A DNA stretch of 64,000 bases, taken from the IMG/VR virus record IMGVR_UViG_3300021514_000002, positions 299,532-363,531 of that record; one strand, 5' to 3'. Every line of letters starts with the position of its first letter. Within the stretch, counting starts at the first letter, position 1. Shown in pieces: positions 29,561 through 38,984 of the stretch. The notes under the pieces are model-generated. The model was not told the origin of the DNA, did not search any database, and saw only the letters and a list, made by a program, of their open reading frames with translations. The stretch comes from a virus. Its lineage: Duplodnaviria > Caudoviricetes. The position numbers and the translations under genes were made by a program.

Positions 29561-30558
29561 TCAGATTCTGGATCTTTCCAAAAAGTTTTCAAGATATCTT
29601 TTATATTTTGTTCTTTTGACTCGTCAAAGGATATAATTTTTTTATCATTTGTAATTTTCTTAATCGCGCCAGCTTCTTTAATTTCAGCCTTTTTATATGG
29701 TGTATTGTTTCTTGCCGCAATAGTTTCTTCCTTGATAATATCTTTAATCTTATCATCGTTAGACTTTTCTTTAATCACGTCAACTTCTTTATTACCACCT
29801 AAACCAGTAACTGTTTCAATGATTTTTTCCGCTATACTCTTTGTGGCTGTTTTTTTATCTTCTGTTTTTTCTTTGGCTTTTTTAACAGGTTCACTTTTCT
29901 TAGATTCCTTCTTAGGTTTCTTGATTTCATTTTTCGCTTCTTTTTTCGGTTCTTCCTTCGCAGCATTAGTTACTGCCACTTTATCTTCTTTGGCCTTTTT
30001 CATAATGTTTAAGATTTGATCATCCAACTTATCGTTGGTTTTTCTTTCAACCTTTGGTACACTCATTAAATCATTGAATAGTTCTTTACCGTCTTTAACT
30101 TTAACTGGTTGCATCTTAAACGTACTCTCAGGTTTATTAAGTGGAATTTTCTCAGGTTTAATAGTTTCTGTTTTCGGTGGTATTTCTTTCCCCTTAGTAG
30201 TTTTAATAATATCTTCAAGTTTTGGTTTACCAGGTGATAGTGTAATATTTTCAGGTTTTGATGCATAAACAGTATGTTCACCGACAACATTTACTGAACC
30301 ACACAATGGTTCAAAATAGTATCCATCAACGATTATGTCAATATGAAAAGGATATGATGTTTTTTCAAGAATAGCAAGCGCAGGTATTTCAACAGACCAT
30401 TTAGTCTTATCGCCTTTTTTAGAATCAAATCCCAATTCCATGCTACTAGCTTCAATTATGAAACGCACAGCCATATCAGCCGTATCAACACCATTGATTT
30501 CAACATCGAATTCTAATATATTCGCTTTTGTATTTGATATTGTTATTAAATTATCCAT
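29557..30558 (-). CDS. Hypothetical protein with a beta-rich N-terminus and Lys/Glu-rich tail
   Basis: 333 aa; TATAAATA on the minus strand at 30580-30587. Confidence 0.6.
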   Translation of the reverse strand: MDNLITISNTKANILEFDVEINGVDTADMAVRFIIEASSMELGFDSKKGDKTKWSVEIPALAILEKTSYPFHIDIIVDGYYFEPLCGSVNVVGEHTVYASKPENITLSPGKPKLEDIIKTTKGKEIPPKTETIKPEKIPLNKPESTFKMQPVKVKDGKELFNDLMSVPKVERKTNDKLDDQILNIMKKAKEDKVAVTNAAKEEPKKEAKNEIKKPKKESKKSEPVKKAKEKTEDKKTATKSIAEKIIETVTGLGGNKEVDVIKEKSNDDKIKDIIKEETIAARNNTPYKKAEIKEAGAIKKITNDKKIISFDESKEQNIKDILKTFWKDPESD

Positions 30559-30587
30559 TTAAAATCCCTAAGTATCTTGTATTTATA

Positions 30588-31025
30588 TTATTTCTTTCTT
30601 TTTAAATTACGGACAGAAACTTTGATATTGTGTAAAACTCTACGTAGATTATTCACGCTAACATTGATTTTTTCTTTCGCCGCTTCTACGATATTTAATA
30701 CGGATACAATCGTGTCTGCCCGTTGTATTGGAACCAAGTAGACTTTCTCAACATGTATATCACCAATATCAATCTTAACTGTAACCTGTTTTTTAACCTT
30801 GAATGTTTTCGTTGGATCATAGAAATCTTGAACCGGTTGGAAAAAGTTCTGAATATCATTAATTTTATTCCATGCTGGTCCAGGATACGGACCGCCACCG
30901 CCACCAGCGGGTGGCTTAACTTCTTCAACTTCAACGGTAACAAACCCGAGTTGATATTGCGCTATTAGGAATTGATTAGCCGATCCAGTTAGGCCGTTAA
31001 CAAGTATTGTTGGAATACCAGACAT
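30588..31025 (-). CDS. Hypothetical virion-associated protein
   Basis: 145 aa at the end of the fibre operon. Confidence 0.5.
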   Translation of the reverse strand: MSGIPTILVNGLTGSANQFLIAQYQLGFVTVEVEEVKPPAGGGGGPYPGPAWNKINDIQNFFQPVQDFYDPTKTFKVKKQVTVKIDIGDIHVEKVYLVPIQRADTIVSVLNIVEAAKEKINVSVNNLRRVLHNIKVSVRNLKRKK

Positions 31026-31042
31026 AATGGCTCCTTATCCAA

Positions 31043-31891
31043 TTAAGGAGAACCAGAAACAGGAACTTTATCGAATATTTCAAGAATACTTGCGACGTTA
31101 TCTCTATTTTTCAAATTATAGCGTTGTAATTCAGTTACGCCGTCATTTTCGTAAATAATCATTTGATAGTTTACAGGATCAATGCGTGATCTATTTTTCC
31201 CATATTTTAGAACTTCTTCTGTTATAGATAATATATTATTAATTGTGACATCAATTGTATCAACTTTACCGTCAATGCTCGTAACTGTAGTGTCTACGTT
31301 GTTAACTACAAGTGTAAGTGTATCGGTCTTACCATCTATCGTAGTAACATCTGTTTGAATATCGTCGACAGAAGTCTGTGTTGCACGTGAAGATATTGAG
31401 GTATCTACGAGTGTTAATTCTGGAGTTAATTCTGTTCTGACAGCCGTAGCGTTATCACCAGCAGATGGTATCAATAAGCCTGATAATGACGGCTGTACAG
31501 CCAATACTAAATTCGATGCTTCCGCAGGATATACGGGTAAGGTTGTATTTAAAAAATATAACCAAGCAGTATCATAGTCATCTGAATATATAACACCCGT
31601 TACTTTAACATGTGTTGGATCATATACAATACGATAACCATTAATCATAAAGTAAATATCGCCAGCAAATTTATCACCGGGCGTCGGATCGCCGCCGATT
31701 GTTCGTATGGGAAAAGCATATCGTGAATTATCTAATATTGAATACCAAGTTTTCAATCCTTTATAGATATCCGCTTTAATATCTAATGTTGTAACATCAG
31801 GATCAATAATAATATATCTATTTGCAGTATCGACAGTGAATTTTAAATCCGCTGTCATATAATCCCACATTGTTTCAGCGTAGAAATTCAT
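31043..31891 (-). CDS. Putative fibre/virion structural protein
   Basis: Thr/Asp/Val heptad-like stalk (VDDIQTDVTTIDGK...) within a coupled structural operon. Confidence 0.5.
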   Translation of the reverse strand: MNFYAETMWDYMTADLKFTVDTANRYIIIDPDVTTLDIKADIYKGLKTWYSILDNSRYAFPIRTIGGDPTPGDKFAGDIYFMINGYRIVYDPTHVKVTGVIYSDDYDTAWLYFLNTTLPVYPAEASNLVLAVQPSLSGLLIPSAGDNATAVRTELTPELTLVDTSISSRATQTSVDDIQTDVTTIDGKTDTLTLVVNNVDTTVTSIDGKVDTIDVTINNILSITEEVLKYGKNRSRIDPVNYQMIIYENDGVTELQRYNLKNRDNVASILEIFDKVPVSGSP

Positions 31892-33828
31892 TACCAGATT
31901 TCTTCTATATTTAAACTACCAAAGAAATTACTTTTAGTTCCGGCTTGCAATGTCACTACGTCACTTGTTGAACCAGTAAAAGTTGTTATTGATCCATCAA
32001 TATTCTTTACGGTAATAGTTGCAGCAGTTACTGCCACTATAATGTAATAACCATCATCAGAATCTGAATTGCGAATTTTCAACATCATGCCAGCGGCAAA
32101 TGCTACACCTTCAGGGGAATTAGGATTTACAGCATTAAAATCCCCATTACCTCCTGTTTTAGTAATCGTTGCTATCAAAGGACTACCAACATTACTAAAG
32201 TTACAAGTATACGTACCTGCATCCTCACCCCCTGCAATAGGTGACATATTCCAACAAGTAAACGTGTACTTGAAGGTGTCTTGGTTATCATCTGCGGTGA
32301 GTAATATCTTTTCCTTACGATAATCAAATACATCTTTTAAATCTATATTCTCAGTCGAATTGGGTGGTATTGCCCACATGCCAACTTGTACACCCCCATT
32401 ATCTTGATCAATATCAACATCTTCACAATATTCCATAGCAGATGCAGGATGAAAAGCTACCCATGTAGGAGTACCTAATAAATCAGCACCACGTCTTACC
32501 TGAATCCACATACTTTCAAAACCAGTATTAGTTACTGATAAGCGAACGGGATACGCCACTGTACGATTTGATAAGCCATTGATAGTTAATGCTGGACGAA
32601 TACTAAATAGAGCTTTACCAGGATGCCAATTAGTGATGGCCGCCATATAAGCACCACCATTTTGTTTTTCTTGTGCTTCAATGTGACGATGATGTTCAAT
32701 AAGATTAGGGTTGAACTCACCATGTGTTTTGATTGTAGTACCCCATATGCGCATCTCTGAGCTTGATCCTGCTGTCGCTAAATTATCCATACTAATATGA
32801 ACAGGCAAAGAACCCGTACGTATATAAGGCTGAGTATATAAATTAGCATGGTACATTTCATGACAGACGATACGAACACCTTCAAGCATAACACCAAATC
32901 TAACGCGCCCGGCTCCTAGCCATTGGAAATCGAGCCAGTAAATATTATCTTTTGATACATCTAAAGTTCGTCCAGAAGGATTAAATACGTCTCCGCTTCC
33001 GTCTAGTCTATCTTTGTTCCATGTTGCTTGTGGCACAGTATGGTCGCCTATAGTAGAGCTGCGAATATAGGTTTGAAGAACAAGTTCTTCCATACGGAAA
33101 AATAATCCATCAGCATCGTCTCCATAGCCCCATATTCGTCGAACATCAGCCTTACCTGTATCGCCTAATGCTACTGTCATTTCAAGTGATTGTCCAACTC
33201 CCAGTTGATAATTGTGATACAAATGTGTAGTTGCAGCAGCTTTCGCACCAGATGTTAAAGGGATTGTAAATAAAGTACCTTGATTACCAGTAATATGAGT
33301 TACTGTACCAGATAATAATTCTTCATACCACCAATCTTTTTCATTACGTTCATAAGTATTAATATACTTGCCTAAAACCTCACCCGAAGAAACTTCCAAT
33401 TTACCAAATGCGTCAAATTGATGCGATCCTTCATCAAAACGCATTTTAACAGCGCCTTTCTTATCAATATCCGCATGGTTAACCATATCCTTGCCAACCA
33501 TAACATTTTGTTGAAAATAATATAGTCCACCAGCAAGGTCGGCTACTTCGGCATATTTAATCGCATTAACATGTATTTCTTCGGTTGCTGTCATTAACAA
33601 GAACGGTGAAGGAATAGGTTCCTCAACCCTTACGTGAAGTTCACCTGATGTGGTTGTACCCCCAACTGCAATAACAGTTCCAGTCCATGTAGATGTACTA
33701 AATGTAATAACGTCGTCTTCTTTAAAATCAATCGTACCATTATTATAATTAATTTCTTGCATTACGGATTGCGGTATCTGTTCACCTGTTGGTAATTTAA
33801 TTGCGCCGTGCGTTCCTGTTATAGCCAT
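31891..33828 (-). CDS. Putative fibre protein with a lectin/beta-sandwich-like domain
   Basis: 645 aa, beta-rich; contains YWLDFQWLGAGRVRFG and WGYGDDADGLFF. Confidence 0.5.
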   Translation of the reverse strand: MAITGTHGAIKLPTGEQIPQSVMQEINYNNGTIDFKEDDVITFSTSTWTGTVIAVGGTTTSGELHVRVEEPIPSPFLLMTATEEIHVNAIKYAEVADLAGGLYYFQQNVMVGKDMVNHADIDKKGAVKMRFDEGSHQFDAFGKLEVSSGEVLGKYINTYERNEKDWWYEELLSGTVTHITGNQGTLFTIPLTSGAKAAATTHLYHNYQLGVGQSLEMTVALGDTGKADVRRIWGYGDDADGLFFRMEELVLQTYIRSSTIGDHTVPQATWNKDRLDGSGDVFNPSGRTLDVSKDNIYWLDFQWLGAGRVRFGVMLEGVRIVCHEMYHANLYTQPYIRTGSLPVHISMDNLATAGSSSEMRIWGTTIKTHGEFNPNLIEHHRHIEAQEKQNGGAYMAAITNWHPGKALFSIRPALTINGLSNRTVAYPVRLSVTNTGFESMWIQVRRGADLLGTPTWVAFHPASAMEYCEDVDIDQDNGGVQVGMWAIPPNSTENIDLKDVFDYRKEKILLTADDNQDTFKYTFTCWNMSPIAGGEDAGTYTCNFSNVGSPLIATITKTGGNGDFNAVNPNSPEGVAFAAGMMLKIRNSDSDDGYYIIVAVTAATITVKNIDGSITTFTGSTSDVVTLQAGTKSNFFGSLNIEEIW

Positions 33829-33841
33829 TATTTGTTATTCC

Positions 33842-35467
33842 TTAATAATTCAAATCATATTGTTGTTGGATATCAATTGATGTATCTGTTGCAGGTACTT
33901 CATATCCTTCTACTCGTAGAATCTTATACTGTTTATTTATTAATTGATAATCCACGAGAGTTGTAGCTGGTTGTGCCCAACTAAAGCTACGATTGTCTAA
34001 TGTTCCTGCGGTAGCATCTTCAATCCCTGCTATTTCGGTCGTCGTGCCTGCAAGAAATATACGAACTTCTGTATTTTCTTTTAGTTTATTAAAGGTAATT
34101 GTAACATCAGCTGAAACTGTTATTACGCAACCAGCCGTTCTTACATGACTTGCCGCCGTTACGCCAGTTCCACCTGATATGTTAATAGTCATTGACCCTG
34201 TTGCAATGTTTACGAATATTGCTTTATCGGCATCAACTGTTAAAGAATACCCAGTAAAGTCATCTCCAGATAATGTGATATCTGCTGCTGTTCCAGTAAT
34301 TTCTAGCCCATTACCAGTTCCTCCAGATATTAACTGGGTATCACTTATCTTTGCTGCGTTGGCTGGACTTGATGTAGTAACGGCAATAGCATTAACTGAA
34401 TCATCAATTGTACATCCTGATAATGTTGCTCCACCTGTTGTTATTTTATCGCAACGTCTAAATGTGGTACCAGTAAGAGTATTAGGATTAGTACCATCAT
34501 TAAAAATGAATGTGCCCATATCAGTAAAACTGCATGTAATAAAAACTACTGTAGCATTATCAACTACTTCAAAATTGCCACGACTTGCTGTTGCTGCTAC
34601 AACATTTTCAACACCATCTTGTGCTGATATACTAATTGAAGTCCATTCAACATTAGAATCAACATGGTTAATTTCTATTCTATTGAAATTAGTACTAACT
34701 TGAGGTGTATTATCAACAAAAATATTTGCATTAGAATTTCTAAAATCTACTGCTGTTGCAGTAATACCCAAAGACATCAAACCTTTCCATTTATATCCAC
34801 CAAATATCTTTTGAAATAATGCATATCTTTGATCTGTGCTGGTATCAAAAGTACCCATACCAGTAAATGTGCCGTAATCTCCTGCCTGTCCGTCTATGAC
34901 TTCTAATGAGCATCGACCAACTCGAATAACATCAACAGCAAATGGATTACCACGAGACTGTGCTGTTGCATTTATAGCAATACCTACAATACTCCAAGTA
35001 TTATCAGGAGTACCTACTGTTGCATCTGATATAGCTGTATTTGGGTCAATAGCGTAATTAGCCCAACCACCAATTGGATTGGGGTCAAAATCACTACCCG
35101 ATGCTAAAAATGTATAAAAGTCGCCAGTCGTATTGCCAACTATTGTTCTAATACCACCATTAGCATATGTTGTTAAAGATGTAGGTGATGCCCAAAAAGC
35201 CCATATTAAAATAGCTCCATCAGTATCAACAGTAAAAGCACCAGCAAATTGATTAACATCATTGAGAAGTGTACCAACACCAGTTTTTGTAAACTGTGCT
35301 GATATACAATCTGAACCTTGAATATAGAAGTTACTTTCCGCTACTTCTGTACCACCATCAGCCCAAGCAGATACAGAAGATTCATCCCAATTATCTAAAG
35401 TAAGGGCTTCGTCCACTAAACCATTATTGGCAGAAGTTAAATCACTGTCATATGCTGCTATTGCCAT
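33842..35467 (-). CDS. Putative tail fibre/spike protein with a beta-helix-like segment
   Basis: Repetitive T/G/S/I beta-strand pattern (FITCSFTDMGTF...LTGTTFRRC...LSGCTIDDS). Confidence 0.55.
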   Translation of the reverse strand: MAIAAYDSDLTSANNGLVDEALTLDNWDESSVSAWADGGTEVAESNFYIQGSDCISAQFTKTGVGTLLNDVNQFAGAFTVDTDGAILIWAFWASPTSLTTYANGGIRTIVGNTTGDFYTFLASGSDFDPNPIGGWANYAIDPNTAISDATVGTPDNTWSIVGIAINATAQSRGNPFAVDVIRVGRCSLEVIDGQAGDYGTFTGMGTFDTSTDQRYALFQKIFGGYKWKGLMSLGITATAVDFRNSNANIFVDNTPQVSTNFNRIEINHVDSNVEWTSISISAQDGVENVVAATASRGNFEVVDNATVVFITCSFTDMGTFIFNDGTNPNTLTGTTFRRCDKITTGGATLSGCTIDDSVNAIAVTTSSPANAAKISDTQLISGGTGNGLEITGTAADITLSGDDFTGYSLTVDADKAIFVNIATGSMTINISGGTGVTAASHVRTAGCVITVSADVTITFNKLKENTEVRIFLAGTTTEIAGIEDATAGTLDNRSFSWAQPATTLVDYQLINKQYKILRVEGYEVPATDTSIDIQQQYDLNY

Positions 35468-35877
35468 TATCTACTCGCTATCTTATGAACACGTTTTAAT
35501 AAAGATTCTGGGGTTACGTTATTAGTATGAAATACAACTGGTATACCACTTTTAGATAAGACGGTATTAATACCTTCTTCTAAAAATGCGTTTATTTGTC
35601 CATTCATATACTTAAAATCTTTATGTTTTGGGTTGACTGTACCAAACATCAAATCATCATTTAACTTTTCAAATATCACCCCAAAATTATCAGGGCGCAT
35701 TTGCTCAGAAACATTACTCATTTGTGTATAGGCACAATCAAACTCTCTACATCTATCATCTTTAGTATCTTGTATAATACAACCTTTGTCACAGTACTTA
35801 CATGTATCCCCAGCTTGACTATTCATCCATGGGATATTAAGTAATGTGCAACAAAGAGTGCATGAACCACATTCCAT
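35467..35877 (-). CDS. CxxCxxCC (YkgJ-like) zinc/iron-chelating protein
   Basis: CGSCTLCC...CKYC..GC...CREFDCAY. Confidence 0.75.
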   Translation of the reverse strand: MECGSCTLCCTLLNIPWMNSQAGDTCKYCDKGCIIQDTKDDRCREFDCAYTQMSNVSEQMRPDNFGVIFEKLNDDLMFGTVNPKHKDFKYMNGQINAFLEEGINTVLSKSGIPVVFHTNNVTPESLLKRVHKIASR

Positions 35878-38111
35878 TATGCAGGTACGTTAAGTTCGTT
35901 AGAAGCAGTTAACACGATAGTTAATGGTGTACCAGTCACGATTGATTGTACAGAAGACTGAACAAACTGTGCTGTGGTAATACCTAATGCACGTGCAACA
36001 ACAAAAGTTGTTGTTGATACAACTCTACCACCTTGGATATTTCCGTCAAAATCGTATGAGAAGGCATAATCGCCAGCGGATGTTAATCCAGATACTGCTG
36101 CTGGGCTACCATTACTATCTACAATAATCGCATCAGGTGTATCAATTGCATGTTCATCAATAGGGAAACTGCCTGTTGTGGTTGTAACGATTGTTGTATT
36201 ATCCCACCGACGGACAGCCCATTGTGAAGTAGAAGTAAGAGCAGTCACTTGATAAACACCATTCATTGCACCATCCACTCCTGTCATACCAGAGACACGA
36301 ACGTAAGCGCCAACGCCTGCATCTAAAGCCGCAGGGAAATTAGCACCAACCGAATCAAATGTACCAACAGCACCTGTGCCCGCTGTGATAATTAAATCAC
36401 CAATCGTATTACGAATTGTTCTATCGTAATATAAGTCATAAGTTGCTACTGAGTCACCAATTAATGCAGTATTGAAATCCAATGTTACGGCAATTGTTTC
36501 TGGAAATGCTCTTTGTGTTGCTGTGTTATCAAAGTTTTTAACATTGTTGGCGTCAACAGCATTAATGCCTGTAATATAAACACCAGAACCACCACCATCA
36601 GGATTTGTTGGAATACCTTTACCAGAGATAAGGGTGTCGCCTTCGAATACTAACAAGTCATCCATTGCACGACCGATTGCAATATCTGCATCAGAATCAA
36701 TATCACCTGTGCCGTTACCACCGGTTGAACAAAGCGACCATTGAACAAATTCGTAAACTTGTTGAGCAGTACCATCATTTGCTGTAATCTGGATACCGAA
36801 GTTATATGAACCACCTACATAACCAGGAACTGATTGTGGAGTTGCGTAATAAGTTATTGACATACCATTATAGGGTGCAATATCAGCAGCACCATCGGAG
36901 TTAGCGTCTATTTCAATATCTGCTACTGAAATTTTAAGATCGATAACATTAGATAATGGAAATTTGAATAAACGGTTACCAAGTGTGGTTTCACCAGCCG
37001 CCGCTAAGTTAGACGAGTTAAATGTTCTTGCAGCAGTTTCGCCTGATGTAGAACGAATACGAATAGCCGTGCTAAATGCTGTTCTGTTATCAACTGCAAC
37101 TTGGGCTAATGGATCAGCTCCAGCAGTATCAAACGCACCACCCGCAAATGTCATCGTTAATGCAGATACGGATAAAATTAGATATGTTGCATCATTTGCA
37201 GAGGTTGTCGATGCACGCGTTGCCATTGAACCACCAACTTTAAATCCATCATCAATAAATGAACCAGTATCACGGGTAACAGAATCAATGAGCGGAGAAC
37301 CACCAATTACATATGTAAATGTTGAAGGATTGCCAATTTCTTCATAGCAAAGTATAGCTTCATTAACCGGTCCTGTGAAATCAAAATCGACTGTATCATC
37401 AACCGTTGTATCAGTACCAAAACGATAATATGCTTTATCGCCCGTTACTGCCGTTTGGTCAACGAATGTTCCCAACGTAACAATACCAGCCCACTGAGAC
37501 AGCACGATGCCATTTGCATCTTGTTCTTCCCAACCAGCTGAACGAATCAACTTACGGGTATTGATTGCAGGAGAAGTAACATCTCTCCAAGTCCAACCAT
37601 TTTTATTCTGACCGTCAGTACCAATCTGGTACTTACCAGCATCCGAGTCGATGTCGAACATTGGGAATGGGAAGGCGTTAAGATAATTATCATCTTTCCA
37701 CTCTTCTTTTGCGAATTTGTATTTAGCACTAAGTAATGCACCATCGTCAGATAATGCACCTTGTTTGATAAGATAAATGTCACGCGCTGCGGTATCATAC
37801 ATGACATTTTTAGCTGCGGTATTTGAATCACCAAGCCATGTTACTGCTTCTGATGCTTGGTTACTTGGATTCGCACCACTAATTTTAGTTGCAGTTACGC
37901 TTGTAGTTAATGGTGTTCCACCTGTTTCATAATATAAGCCATTATTTTCAGCTTGCGAATGATCGCGGATTTCAAAGTATTCGCCCGCTGCGATTGCAGG
38001 AAGTCCAGTACCCGTTAAAGTTGTTACTGCACCTGCTGATGCTGTCCATGCTAACGTTTCGGCACTAGGTGTACCTTGGTTAAGCTCTGATGATAGGGTT
38101 ACTAATGCCAT
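35877..38111 (-). CDS. Virion structural / fibre protein
   Basis: 744 aa rich in T/G/A/D; first gene of the minus-strand structural operon, with GAGG SD. Confidence 0.55.
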   Translation of the reverse strand: MALVTLSSELNQGTPSAETLAWTASAGAVTTLTGTGLPAIAAGEYFEIRDHSQAENNGLYYETGGTPLTTSVTATKISGANPSNQASEAVTWLGDSNTAAKNVMYDTAARDIYLIKQGALSDDGALLSAKYKFAKEEWKDDNYLNAFPFPMFDIDSDAGKYQIGTDGQNKNGWTWRDVTSPAINTRKLIRSAGWEEQDANGIVLSQWAGIVTLGTFVDQTAVTGDKAYYRFGTDTTVDDTVDFDFTGPVNEAILCYEEIGNPSTFTYVIGGSPLIDSVTRDTGSFIDDGFKVGGSMATRASTTSANDATYLILSVSALTMTFAGGAFDTAGADPLAQVAVDNRTAFSTAIRIRSTSGETAARTFNSSNLAAAGETTLGNRLFKFPLSNVIDLKISVADIEIDANSDGAADIAPYNGMSITYYATPQSVPGYVGGSYNFGIQITANDGTAQQVYEFVQWSLCSTGGNGTGDIDSDADIAIGRAMDDLLVFEGDTLISGKGIPTNPDGGGSGVYITGINAVDANNVKNFDNTATQRAFPETIAVTLDFNTALIGDSVATYDLYYDRTIRNTIGDLIITAGTGAVGTFDSVGANFPAALDAGVGAYVRVSGMTGVDGAMNGVYQVTALTSTSQWAVRRWDNTTIVTTTTGSFPIDEHAIDTPDAIIVDSNGSPAAVSGLTSAGDYAFSYDFDGNIQGGRVVSTTTFVVARALGITTAQFVQSSVQSIVTGTPLTIVLTASNELNVPA

Positions 38112-38236
38112 TTGTTTAATTCCTCATTATTGTTTTAATTTTTAACTTATTTATGGGTTTGTCCGCAATATGCACGATATCCATTTAATACTGTATTTAT
38201 CATAATAAATATCCAACAAGACTAAATATAAAAGAT

Positions 38237-38509
38237 ATGTTAAGAGGTTATCGCGATATGAAAGATTTTTCACTAATACAACGATTGAATAAAAAAGATG
38301 ATGTCAAATCTTCGCCGTTGGCGGAAGGCGTTTCTTACCAAAAATACGAATTGGAAGTGGACGGGAAGGTTCAAGTTGTTAATATTCCTGTAAGGGAAAC
38401 AGACGCATTTGAAAATACGATAGTTGAAGTAAAAGAACCATTAACACGTAAAACACTAAAACAGATTCTTAGAGAACATCGCGGCATCCGCGATTATGGA
38501 GAAAAATAA
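38237..38509 (+). CDS. Hypothetical protein
   Basis: About 90 aa, coupled to the endolysin gene. Confidence 0.55.
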   Translation: MLRGYRDMKDFSLIQRLNKKDDVKSSPLAEGVSYQKYELEVDGKVQVVNIPVRETDAFENTIVEVKEPLTRKTLKQILREHRGIRDYGEK

Positions 38510-38904
38510 TGCCATCATTTGGAAAATCAAGTACAGCGCGCTTAGCAACCTGCCACCCAGACTTACAAAGACTTTTTAACGAAGTTGTAAAAAACTATGA
38601 TTGTTCTATTTTACAAGGAATCCGCTCAAAAGAAGAACAAGATGAATATTTCTTTGGTACGCCACAACGAAGCAAAGTACAATATCCAAACAGTAAACAC
38701 AATAAAACACCGTCAATGGCAGTGGATGTAGCGCCATACCCTATTGATTGGGACAATACTAATCGTTTTTATCATTTTGCGGGTTACGTTTTAGCAACCG
38801 CCGATCAAATGGGTATTAAAATAAGATTTGGTGGTGATTGGGATTCGGACAAAGATTTTAGCGATCAGACGTTTAACGATCTCCCTCATTTTGAATTGGT
38901 CTAA
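38509..38904 (+). CDS. Endolysin, M15-family L-Ala-D-Glu peptidase
   Basis: GIRSKEEQ, SKHN....AVDV, IRFGGDW, D.PHFE. Confidence 0.9.
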   Translation: MPSFGKSSTARLATCHPDLQRLFNEVVKNYDCSILQGIRSKEEQDEYFFGTPQRSKVQYPNSKHNKTPSMAVDVAPYPIDWDNTNRFYHFAGYVLATADQMGIKIRFGGDWDSDKDFSDQTFNDLPHFELV

Positions 38905-38984
38905 CATAATATAATAATAAATCCTTTTCGTAAAACAGCCCCCCTAATAAATACAATAAATCTATTATTTGTTAGGGGTATTAA

